IMG/VR virus record: IMGVR_UViG_3300031417_000382
Location: 66,150 to 88,999 of that record
Source: a virus
Reading direction: 5' to 3' (one strand)
DNA: 22,850 nt
Shown here: in pieces, positions 1 to 7,400 of the stretch
How the letters are laid out: each line of letters starts with the position of its first letter
How positions within the stretch are numbered: position 1 is the stretch's first letter
Notes under the pieces: generated by a model
Told to the model about the DNA's origin: nothing
The model's database searches: none
Seen by the model: only the letters and a program-made list of their open reading frames with translations
Translations under genes and position numbers: made by a program

Positions 1-493
1 GAGGAGTCTTAACCTCGATCCAAAGCTCTTTCTCCGTCGGAGCAGGGGATCCGATGTTGAAGTCGATGCGTGAGCTTCCAAGCTTCTTCTCCGGCTTTAC
101 AAGATCAGCCGAGTTAGCAGTTGTGATCCCAGGAGCAAGGTCAGGTAGATCACCAGCAAGGAGGAACTCTTTTACGTAAGCGTTTACCGCTCCTTGGTTA
201 ATTCCAACCCACTGGAAAGACGGTGAGTCTGTCTCTCCCAGTCCGATAGCCTCTACTGTGTAATCCGTCGATCGACCGGTGTAAGGCCCGGAGATCAGGC
301 ATGGAAGGCCGTCTAGTGTAAGCCCTCCGATTCGTCCACCGACCGGGGTGTGGCCGCGCACAATACTTCCATCTTCAAGCTCGATGATCGCTACATAGCG
401 ATTCGGTCGATTGACAATCTTAGCCTTAGTTAGCTTCGTTTTGTAGATAAGCTTGCTACGAGCCGTATCAAGATGACTAAAACTTGAGTGCAT
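1..493 (-). CDS. sfsA: SfsA-family (sugar fermentation stimulation protein A) PD-(D/E)XK nuclease; 3' end runs off the window
   Basis: Not in the ORF track; translated by hand from ATG at 493 (AGGAG upstream): MHSSFSHLDTARSKLIYKTKLTKAKIVNRPNRYVAIIELEDGSIVRGHTPVGGRIG...QWVGINQGAVN...EKKLGSSRIDF...LWIEVKTP. RxNR, WVGIN, SRIDF and EVK are SfsA hallmark motifs. Confidence 0.8.
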   Translation of the reverse strand, partial: MHSSFSHLDTARSKLIYKTKLTKAKIVNRPNRYVAIIELEDGSIVRGHTPVGGRIGGLTLDGLPCLISGPYTGRSTDYTVEAIGLGETDSPSFQWVGINQGAVNAYVKEFLLAGDLPDLAPGITTANSADLVKPEKKLGSSRIDFNIGSPAPTEKELWIEVKTP

Positions 494-571
494 GAACGAC
501 TCCTAAGATCGAAACGGGTACCAGCCTATGGTATCGAGCTTGGTGACGATACTCTACAGGCAGCTCTTACT

Positions 572-612
572 AGTAGTGCGCCTCAACCGCCGAAACGGAG
601 AGACGCACTACT
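572..612 (-). terminator. Hairpin downstream of the vWA gene
   Basis: AGTAGTGCGCCTC (572-584) / GAGACGCACTACT (600-612). The single mismatch is a G-U pair on the minus strand. Followed on minus by TAAGAG rather than poly-U. Confidence 0.6.
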
Positions 613-625
613 TAAGCGGTAGACC

Positions 626-2371
626 TTACGAGTCGCTCGAGATGTCCAGCACCGGAGCGATCCGCTTGAGCGAGTCCGGAGCTGACTGGAAGCCACCCTT
701 CTGGGTCACGCAGATCACGGACTTGTAAGGAGCTGCACGAATCTCGGTCTCCACGTCATCCCAGTCGATGTAACCGTCGGTGGAGAGGACGAAGATGTCC
801 GGCTTCTGGGCCTTCGGGAGCGAGTTCACGTACTGCCAAGCAACGGCCATCACGGTACCGCCGCCGCCGGTGAAGCGAACCTTCTTGACGCTGGTAACCG
901 GAGAGATGTTGCCGACCTGAGTGTCAACCGAGAACATGCTCACCGCTCCCTTACCGCGAGCGACCTCCTTGAGGATACCCTCGATCTCAGTAAGCGCCTT
1001 CTGGTAATCCTCGTTACCCATGGAGCCGGAGGTGTCCATACCGAGCATGATCTTCGGCTGGTAGTTCACCATACCGGGGAACACGAAGTCCTTGCTCTGG
1101 AGTCGACGGCTCACACGACGGAAAGTGTAGTCCGAGCGGCCACGCACGATGGCGTCAACACTCGATGCGACGATCCGGCGGAACACCTTGCGCCAATCAA
1201 CCTTCGGCGGGGTCAGGTGACGAAGAAGCGAATCCCAGAACTGGTCACCGGCGCCGCTAGCGCTACGTCCTGCCTGGTTCTTCTCCTCAACGATGCGAGC
1301 AGCGGTGTTCTGCTTGGCAAGCGTCTGCTCAACATCCGATGCACGCTGAATGCCGGCAGCGTCTGCAGCTGCTTCCTTGTCCTCGGTGGAAGCTTCGCAG
1401 CCCCAGCCACCGTCGGTACCCTTAACCGGGTTGCCTTCGGCAGAACCACCCTGGCCTGAACCGGAGGCCTGACCGGAACCCTGGCCCTGGCCGTTACCGG
1501 AGCCCTCTCCTTCACCTTCGCCGTCGCCGTCACCCTTACCGCAGGTGTGGCCCTGGCCGGGTGCGTTGCCGGGCTGAGTGCCGCCGGGCTGCGAGCCACC
1601 AGGCTTGTCGGCTCCAGAGCCGGTGTCACCACCGTCGCCCTCGCCACCATCAGCGTCTTCAGTGTCGCCCTCGTCGTGGCTACCGTCGTTACCGCCGGCC
1701 TCCTCAGCCTGACCGTCGCTCTGCTCCTGGTCATCGGCCTTCTTGTCCTGGCCGTCCTTCTTCGAGCTCTGGTCCTGCTTGCTGTTGGGCTTCTTGCCAG
1801 CCTCCTCGTCCTTGCAAGCCTGGCAATTGTCCTCACGATCCTCCTGGTCCTTCTGGAGAAGCTCGGCGTACTGCTCCATGGTCTTGAACGGAGGGTAGTT
1901 GTACGGCTTGCGATCCGGAAGGATGCCTTCGGAGAGGTCCACAAAGACGACGGTGGAGAGGACCGTGTTGATCTCGAAGTCGCCGGCCATGTTGAACAGC
2001 TGCTGATTCTTCATGGAGGCGAGATCAGCGCTGCGCACGAAGTGGTTGTTCAGAACGTGCATACATTCGTGAAGCAGCACCGTCGCCTGCTGATCCTTGT
2101 TGAGCAGGTGGAAGAACCAGTAACCGAGGCCGACACGAGCGTAAGGGTCGGTGTACGCCGTGGATGCGGTGGCGTCCATGAACGGGCGCAGAAGCGCCAG
2201 AGCGTCACGGAAAGCGCCCACCATCGACACAGCCTTGATGATTGCGCGAGCATAGATGTCACGCTCAGTACTCGTCAGCTTACGCTGCGGATGATTCGCG
2301 AGATCGTCCTTGAGCTGTTCGATAAGCTCCGGCGAGAGCTCGTCGCCGCGGGGGATGCGGATCTCATTCAT
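626..2371 (-). CDS. DUF2201-type protein: N-terminal HExxH putative metallopeptidase, G/D/E/Q-rich linker, C-terminal vWA domain
   Basis: VLLHECMHVL (HExxH) and FNMAGDFEIN; C-terminal MDTSGSM (MIDAS DxSxS), GGGT, LSTDG; GGAGG SD; strong GC3 codon bias. Confidence 0.85.
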   Translation of the reverse strand: MNEIRIPRGDELSPELIEQLKDDLANHPQRKLTSTERDIYARAIIKAVSMVGAFRDALALLRPFMDATASTAYTDPYARVGLGYWFFHLLNKDQQATVLLHECMHVLNNHFVRSADLASMKNQQLFNMAGDFEINTVLSTVVFVDLSEGILPDRKPYNYPPFKTMEQYAELLQKDQEDREDNCQACKDEEAGKKPNSKQDQSSKKDGQDKKADDQEQSDGQAEEAGGNDGSHDEGDTEDADGGEGDGGDTGSGADKPGGSQPGGTQPGNAPGQGHTCGKGDGDGEGEGEGSGNGQGQGSGQASGSGQGGSAEGNPVKGTDGGWGCEASTEDKEAAADAAGIQRASDVEQTLAKQNTAARIVEEKNQAGRSASGAGDQFWDSLLRHLTPPKVDWRKVFRRIVASSVDAIVRGRSDYTFRRVSRRLQSKDFVFPGMVNYQPKIMLGMDTSGSMGNEDYQKALTEIEGILKEVARGKGAVSMFSVDTQVGNISPVTSVKKVRFTGGGGTVMAVAWQYVNSLPKAQKPDIFVLSTDGYIDWDDVETEIRAAPYKSVICVTQKGGFQSAPDSLKRIAPVLDISSDS

Positions 2372-2404
2372 GGTGTTGTTCCTCCAAGTAAGGGTACAAC
2401 ACCT

Positions 2405-2432
2405 ATCTTAACGGGTGATCTCGTCTTGTCAA
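2405..2432 (-). promoter_or_regulatory. Sigma70/SigA-like promoter for the vWA gene
   Basis: Minus strand TTGACA (2432-2427), 16-nt spacer, TAAGAT (2410-2405). Confidence 0.55.
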
Positions 2433-2461
2433 CCTCAGTTCAGGTAAACCTCGAGTAACTC

Positions 2462-2710
2462 CTAGAAGAGGAACTTCCCAAAGATACCAACGAGTAAGAT
2501 AGCGGAGCCAACACCGATCACAGTGTAGGCTCTTACAGCGCTTCCAGGCGCCGGTGCTACAGTTACACTAGGCTCAACATTCTTTGGGAGCAAGGTGACA
2601 CCGTAAATGACCAATGCTGCTCCGAGAAGCCCAATGACTCCTCCAAGTACAAAAGCCAGCACAGCGCCGATGATGGCAGCTGCTTGGAATCCTTTTGACC
2701 AGTTCTTCAC
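2462..2710 (-). CDS. Small membrane protein, about 3 TM helices (82 aa)
   Basis: GTG start with GAGAGGG upstream; three hydrophobic stretches; directly follows the DUF4190-like gene. Confidence 0.7.
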   Translation of the reverse strand: MKNWSKGFQAAAIIGAVLAFVLGGVIGLLGAALVIYGVTLLPKNVEPSVTVAPAPGSAVRAYTVIGVGSAILLVGIFGKFLF

Positions 2711-2741
2711 GGTGTCACCCTCTCGTCAACTGTTGTACGTG

Positions 2742-3104
2742 TTAGTTAATCTGTCCGGCAGCTTTTTCAGCGGTTCCCACAAGTAGATCTTCGTGGCTTG
2801 CGCCGGCTGCCGCAAAGATAGCGAAGAAACCGATGAAAGCGACAATGCTGAGGATAGTAAGAATCCATCCAGCGATGATGGCCACCTTAGCAAAGGTGTT
2901 CTCACTCACGCCGGCCTCCCGCGACTGCTTTCGAGCTACGTAGCCAAGAATAAGGCCGACGATGGCTGTAGGGAAGCCGATGATACTGGCTAAACTTAGG
3001 ATCATAGCCACGAGACCCATGGTCTTGCCAGGGAAGTTCTCGGGAGTATTGCTGTACTGAGATGGTGTGTTGCCGTACTGAGGCTGGTATGGTTGCTGGT
3101 CCAT
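2742..3104 (-). CDS. DUF4190-like membrane protein (paralog 1)
   Basis: Q/P/Y-rich N-terminus, then PGKTMG...AIVGLILGYVARKQSR...AKVAIIAGWI, the typical actinobacterial DUF4190 pattern; AAGGAG SD. Confidence 0.8.
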   Translation of the reverse strand: MDQQPYQPQYGNTPSQYSNTPENFPGKTMGLVAMILSLASIIGFPTAIVGLILGYVARKQSREAGVSENTFAKVAIIAGWILTILSIVAFIGFFAIFAAAGASHEDLLVGTAEKAAGQIN

Positions 3105-3162
3105 TGCGATCTCCTTCGCTCAAGCTAGATATCAGGGTCCGCGCCAGGTTCAAGCTCTTATA

Positions 3163-3202
3163 CTTGTGGCAGTGACCGATTGATACTGGTCACTGCCACA
3201 AG
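3163..3202 (-). terminator. 15-bp perfect hairpin
   Basis: CTTGTGGCAGTGACC (3163-3177) / GGTCACTGCCACAAG (3188-3202), just after the stop at 3212; TAAGAG follows on minus. Confidence 0.7.
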
Positions 3203-3211
3203 CAAAAGTTC

Positions 3212-4066
3212 TTAACCTACACGCCCTAGCTTTTGGCCTATACCTCCGTGGCCCGAGCACATCCCTCTGTAGTTCGGAAGTGATGCGTTGTCTTGATACG
3301 AAGTTGTATTGTCACCACATATGGCCTTAAGCGGTAAACTTGGATCCTCAGCTGCAGGAGCGTTCTGAGCAGCAGCGTTTCTGGCCTCTTGTGCTCTAGC
3401 GACTTCAGCAGCACGCTGAGCTTCAGCAGCCGCAGCGGCTTCTGCCTGGCGCTGTTCTTCTGCTTTCTGAGCAGCAGCTTGCTCATTAGCGATGCGTTGT
3501 GCTTCAGCTTGCTTAGCGGCTTCATCGGCTTCGGCTTGCTTACGAGTCTGCTCATCGGCCACCCGCTGGGCTTCAACCTGTTGAGCTTTCTGAGCAGCAG
3601 CCTCTGTTTCAGCTTGAGCTTGCTTAGCAGAATCCTCTGCTTTGCGCTGAGCTTCGCTCTTACCAGAACTCTGCGAAACCGACGCCGGTTGTGAAGCCGT
3701 GTTCGTAGTTGGAGTAGATGTGTTTGCTACTCCAACAAAACTGAACACTGAAAGTAAAGCGCCTATGACCACAAGAATGATTGATACGTTCCTGTTCGCA
3801 AGAGAACTCTTAAGCTTTGATTCATTGTTCGTCGGTTCGTTAGCTGTGGGATAGGTGGCAGTTTCTTCTGTTTGACCCCGACGTAGGAAGGGTAGTGTAC
3901 TCGAAGGCGTTTCCGCTCGATGTGTACCGACGATCGGTTCTTGATGCTTCACTAAAGCAAAAATTCCGATCGCCACGGCTACTAACCCGACTACTAAGCC
4001 GAACCAGTGCAACGAAAATATGGCGCCAAGGAGCATAAGCCCGATGACCCATTTCAAGATTCTCAT
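3212..4066 (-). CDS. Membrane-anchored protein: 3 TM, Ala/Gln/Glu coiled coil, C-terminal DUF3761-like Cys motif
   Basis: Start moved to ATG 4066 (MRILKW); no SD, probably leaderless. C-terminus AICGDNTTSY...RGMCSGHGG resembles the DUF3761 CxDG...CSxHGG pattern. Confidence 0.7.
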   Translation of the reverse strand: MRILKWVIGLMLLGAIFSLHWFGLVVGLVAVAIGIFALVKHQEPIVGTHRAETPSSTLPFLRRGQTEETATYPTANEPTNNESKLKSSLANRNVSIILVVIGALLSVFSFVGVANTSTPTTNTASQPASVSQSSGKSEAQRKAEDSAKQAQAETEAAAQKAQQVEAQRVADEQTRKQAEADEAAKQAEAQRIANEQAAAQKAEEQRQAEAAAAAEAQRAAEVARAQEARNAAAQNAPAAEDPSLPLKAICGDNTTSYQDNASLPNYRGMCSGHGGIGQKLGRVG

Positions 4067-4149
4067 AGTAAAGATATCATGCAAAAGAACAAAGCGAGGG
4101 GAAGCAAAACCGGCTATAGGCCGCATAACGCGGGTGGACTTTAGCTCTT

Positions 4150-4194
4150 ACACTGATTGCAGGGATTAGCAAAAGCAATCCCTGCAATCAGTGT
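4150..4194 (-). terminator. 18-bp perfect hairpin
   Basis: ACACTGATTGCAGGGATT (4150-4167) / AATCCCTGCAATCAGTGT (4177-4194), after the stop at 4204; TAAGAG abuts the stem on minus. Confidence 0.7.
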
Positions 4195-4203
4195 TTATCC
4201 AAA

Positions 4204-4665
4204 TTAGTTGAAACGATCCAAAGGCGAGTCGCTGCTTTTGCCATCTGGGCTAATATTCGGTACTAAAGTTTGGCCGTCTTGCCACGGAGTAGATCGCGAG
4301 CAATCTGCAGCTCCGGCGCTATTTGAGTAAGAATTTGAGCCTGAAATACAGTTTGCTGTATCAGCTGCTTTATCAGCCACGGCATTACCTGCAAAGGTGA
4401 CAATCATGATACCAGCTACACCGACCACGGTAAGAGCGACCGCAATCCAGCCGAGGATGATTCCAACCTTAGCGAGAGTGTTGTCGAAGACACCAGCTTT
4501 CCTCGACTGATTTCTAGCGACATACCCGAGGATAAGACCTACGATTGCTGTTGGAAAGCCTAGGAAATTAGCTCCTGAAAAGATGACAGACAGTATTCCC
4601 ATAGTCTTTCCCGGGTCCTGCGTTGGTGCAGCGTTCTGCTGCTGTACGAACGGCGAATCAGACAT
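4204..4665 (-). CDS. DUF4190-like membrane protein (paralog 2) with a two-Cys extracellular tail
   Basis: PGKTMG...GFPTAIVGLILGYVARNQSRKAGV..NTLAKVGIILGWI, nearly identical to the core of 2742-3104; AGGAG SD. Confidence 0.8.
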   Translation of the reverse strand: MSDSPFVQQQNAAPTQDPGKTMGILSVIFSGANFLGFPTAIVGLILGYVARNQSRKAGVFDNTLAKVGIILGWIAVALTVVGVAGIMIVTFAGNAVADKAADTANCISGSNSYSNSAGAADCSRSTPWQDGQTLVPNISPDGKSSDSPLDRFN

Positions 4666-4690
4666 GCATTGTCTCCCTGTTAGGCTTGAC

Positions 4691-5521
4691 TTAGATATCG
4701 TCAGGCCGTAGTTCAGTAATAGCAGCTCGTAGACTATAGAAACGCTTGCCGTTTTCTAGACAGATCCACGAGTTGTGCTTAGTAGAGTCTTTTTGAACCT
4801 TTGCCCCACTTGGAAGAACGTAGCATTCGAGCTCGTAATCATATACAGCTCCATTAATTGGCGGGTGAACGTCTGTTCGAGCTTTACTCTGAGCTTCACG
4901 GTACGCTTCGCTCTTCGGTACACCCTTCCACGCGAGTGACATCCGCTGCTTAGTCTCTTCACTCTTCGGTTTGCCTTTTAGCGCTTTAGATCTCTTTGCA
5001 CGAGTTTCATCAGAGACTTCTGGTTTATTCGCTATAGCTTGGGCCCGGTATTCTGGATTAGCCCATAGCTCCTTAATTGCTTTTGAGTGGGCTTCTTTAC
5101 GAACATCTGTCCAAACCTGTGATTGAACTTCGGATAGTCTAGCTTTATACTTTGGGTCTTGCCATCGCGAGCGCGAATACTCACCAATCACATCGCGCTG
5201 GTATTCACTAGGTGTCCATCCGTCAACACCAGCTAAACCTGACTCAGCTATTAGATTCGCCCATTTAGAAGAAGCCACTATGTCATTTTCTTTAGTAAAC
5301 TTAGTTGCAGTCTCTTTCAGCTCGTTTAGATCTGTATAGCAGCCGACTATCTCTGTAGCTACGTCATTCCCGTGTGCTTTGAGATGTCTGAGCCAGTACA
5401 GCCCGGAACCTTTGTATTTGAACGGATCTTTGATCGTACGTCCAAAGTATTTGAGACCGGTAACGTTGTGAGTCTTCACATAGAGAAAGACCGGTGGATC
5501 GAGAATGTCTAACGGCTCCAT
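4691..5521 (-). CDS. Free-standing GIY-YIG homing endonuclease (Seg-like) with NUMOD3 repeats
   Basis: FLYVKTHNVTGLKYFGRT..DP.KYKGSG (GIY-YIG variant); SDETRAKRS..KG, SEETKQRMS..KG and SEAYREAQS NUMOD3-like repeats; C-terminal ENGKRFYSLRAA (NUMOD1/IENR1-like); AT-richer than its neighbour. Confidence 0.85.
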   Translation of the reverse strand: MEPLDILDPPVFLYVKTHNVTGLKYFGRTIKDPFKYKGSGLYWLRHLKAHGNDVATEIVGCYTDLNELKETATKFTKENDIVASSKWANLIAESGLAGVDGWTPSEYQRDVIGEYSRSRWQDPKYKARLSEVQSQVWTDVRKEAHSKAIKELWANPEYRAQAIANKPEVSDETRAKRSKALKGKPKSEETKQRMSLAWKGVPKSEAYREAQSKARTDVHPPINGAVYDYELECYVLPSGAKVQKDSTKHNSWICLENGKRFYSLRAAITELRPDDI

Positions 5522-5524
5522 AGC

Positions 5525-5633
5525 GCGCTCCTTAATACTACTTGCTTGCAGGCGCTATGAATATCATGCTCTCATACGTAGAGGCCGATGAGCTTCCAAG
5601 CCTGCAAGCAAGGAGCGCCTCATCGGCCTCTAC
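5525..5633 (-). promoter_or_regulatory. Hairpin whose loop is complementary to the endonuclease leader and SD
   Basis: 15-bp stem 5578-5592/5619-5633. Loop 5600-5612 is the exact reverse complement of 5541-5553, and 5610-5618 of 5525-5533, which holds the AAGGAG SD. Confidence 0.65.
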
Positions 5634-5648
5634 ATGTCTTACTATCGA

Positions 5649-6683
5649 TCATCCCCCATGCTTGAGCAAAAAACGTCCTGAGATTTCCTTAAAGTTCGGC
5701 CGGTCACCGAGCTCCTCGTAGGTCTTTCCGTTGATGTTCCACCAGACAACACCCTCGGTGAGCACCTGCGGGTTCACGAGCGACTTGAGACCGTCAACCT
5801 GCTCAACAGCCTCTTCAACCGTCTTCGGGAAGTTGAACGGGACACGAGGAGCCTGGTTCTCTCGAACCCAGTTCTCGAAACGGTCAACCTCTTCCGAGTG
5901 GTCAGTCGGCACTGCGAAGCCGTGCGAGAACACGAGCAGGCGGATGCCGTTGATCTTCAGAGGGTTACCCTGAATACCTTCACCGAAGATCTCACCCTGG
6001 ATCACACCACCTTCCGGGATCAACTCAGCCAGGTTGTACTGACGAGCGATCAAAGCGTGCGAGTGACCACCTTCGAGCGAGAGCTCCCAGTTACGGCCAG
6101 CAGCGTGAAGCTCACCGTCCAGCTTCCAGAAGGTAGCCGAGGTGCCGTCGATCTTCTCGGTAGCAACCCACTCGGTCGGGTCGAGCGACTGAAGGAACTC
6201 ATCCGTCAGGTTCTGCACACGCTCCGAGTCGGTCTTACGAGCGACCTTCGTCGGGAACGAGCCAACCTGAGTCGAGCCACCAGGCAGCGGCGGCTCGTAC
6301 TTGAACACGCCGAGGTTCTCGAAGGTCTCCGAAACCTCTTCAGGAGTCGAATCCTCCGTCAGGCCGAAGCCCAGCGGCAGGATAAGACCCTGCGAAACCT
6401 GGCCACGAAGCTTTGCGGTGCGCAGGATGTGGACGTTGACGTACTCGTTCTTGTTGAGCACCGACTTCTCCGAACGCGAAGCCAGGAAAGCGAACTCCGG
6501 GACCGAGGTCGGAAGAGCCGAGTCGATTTCGAAGTAGATGACCTTGTCACCGACGGCGAACTCGTCCTTGCGGATGACAACCTTCCATCCACCGATGACA
6601 GCGGTCTCCAGCGAGTCAGCGTTCGGGTTCTCGTCGATACGGTCGATGGTCTTGATCTGTACGAGCTTACGAAGTTCAGTCAC
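5649..6683 (-). CDS. RNA ligase, DRB0094/Rnl2-like family, with N-terminal OB-like domain
   Basis: Start moved to GTG 6683 (AGAAAGGA SD). N-terminal RKLV.I..I....NAD.LE.A.IGGW.VV; motif I TEKIDGTS, III IQGEIFGEGIQGN, IV EGVV, V FK.IS..FLLK. Confidence 0.9.
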   Translation of the reverse strand: MTELRKLVQIKTIDRIDENPNADSLETAVIGGWKVVIRKDEFAVGDKVIYFEIDSALPTSVPEFAFLASRSEKSVLNKNEYVNVHILRTAKLRGQVSQGLILPLGFGLTEDSTPEEVSETFENLGVFKYEPPLPGGSTQVGSFPTKVARKTDSERVQNLTDEFLQSLDPTEWVATEKIDGTSATFWKLDGELHAAGRNWELSLEGGHSHALIARQYNLAELIPEGGVIQGEIFGEGIQGNPLKINGIRLLVFSHGFAVPTDHSEEVDRFENWVRENQAPRVPFNFPKTVEEAVEQVDGLKSLVNPQVLTEGVVWWNINGKTYEELGDRPNFKEISGRFLLKHGG

Positions 6684-6752
6684 GATCGTAAGTCCTTTCT
6701 TGGAGTGAAAAGAACATTTAGAGCCACCAGCCTCACTCCTAAGGCGTAGCTT

Positions 6753-6781
6753 ACTGTAACAGGTCAAACTGCAGTGTGCAA
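6753..6781 (-). promoter_or_regulatory. Sigma70/SigA-like promoter for the RNA ligase
   Basis: Minus strand TTGCAC (6781-6776), 17-nt spacer ending in TGT (extended -10), TACAGT (6758-6753). Confidence 0.5.
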
Positions 6782-6809
6782 CACTAAACTCAAACACGGC
6801 AGGCTTCGG

Positions 6810-6821
6810 TAGAATCAAGCT
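6810..6821 (+). promoter_or_regulatory. -10 box for a probably leaderless RNase H transcript
   Basis: TAGAAT at 6810-6815, 6 nt before ATG 6822; no SD. Confidence 0.45.
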
Positions 6822-7400
6822 ATGAGTTCTCTACTAATCGCATGTGACGGCTCCTGCATCGGCCGTAAAGACGAAACCAAGATGATCGGCTGGGCTTGGG
6901 CAGACGCCGACGGTGCTTGGCTGAGCAACGGCTGGAAAGAAGGCACTAATCAGCGTGCCGAGCTTCATGCTCTCTGGAGTGCTCTCAAATTCCATCCTAC
7001 CGGTGACATCAAGATACAGATCGATTCCATGTACGCACTCAACTGCGTATCGAAGTGGGCTAGAGGCTGGGAATCGCGTGGCTGGCGGAAAGCCGATGGT
7101 GAGCCTGTTCTCAACCTAGATCTAATTCGACCGGCCTATGAACTACTGAAGCGTCATAAGGGCGAGGTGGAGTTCATGTGGGTAAAAGGTCACCTTAAGA
7201 ACAACGAATTCCCGCTCAACACTGAGGCTGACAAGCGTGCCTGCGAAGGATCAGCTCGAGTACGAGCAGGAGAAATTGGTACAGCTGGAGATTACTATCT
7301 CGACTCTAAAGGCCGTAAAGAGTTGAAGACTGAGAACGACTTTGTGAAGAAGGTTTACGGCCTAGTCGACGTGGCGGGCGTGCCGATTAGCGCTGATTAA
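6822..7400 (+). CDS. rnhA: Ribonuclease HI
   Basis: IACDGSC, TNQRAELHA, IDSMY, W...GWRKADGEPVLNLDL, WVKGH, N..AD: the full D-E-D-D catalytic set. Confidence 0.93.
   Translation: MSSLLIACDGSCIGRKDETKMIGWAWADADGAWLSNGWKEGTNQRAELHALWSALKFHPTGDIKIQIDSMYALNCVSKWARGWESRGWRKADGEPVLNLDLIRPAYELLKRHKGEVEFMWVKGHLKNNEFPLNTEADKRACEGSARVRAGEIGTAGDYYLDSKGRKELKTENDFVKKVYGLVDVAGVPISAD

Noticed and set aside
1440-1800. G/Q/D/E micro-repeats (GQG, GEG, QPGG) in the vWA linker, and AEAQR repeats at about 3400-3660
   Set aside because: Ordinary low-complexity protein linkers, not discrete DNA repeat arrays.
1213-2458. Long alternative ORFs (1213-1944 -, 1547-2458 +, 1561-1887 +) over the vWA gene
   Set aside because: Shadow frames caused by high GC3; no SD or motifs, and the vWA frame explains the region.
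4666-5648. Group I intron hosting the GIY-YIG gene
   Set aside because: Both flanking genes are complete and unrelated, and the non-coding space is too short for an intron core; the endonuclease is free-standing.
5898-6749. 283-aa plus-strand ORF antisense to the RNA ligase
   Set aside because: Antisense shadow of a strongly biased gene; no independent evidence.
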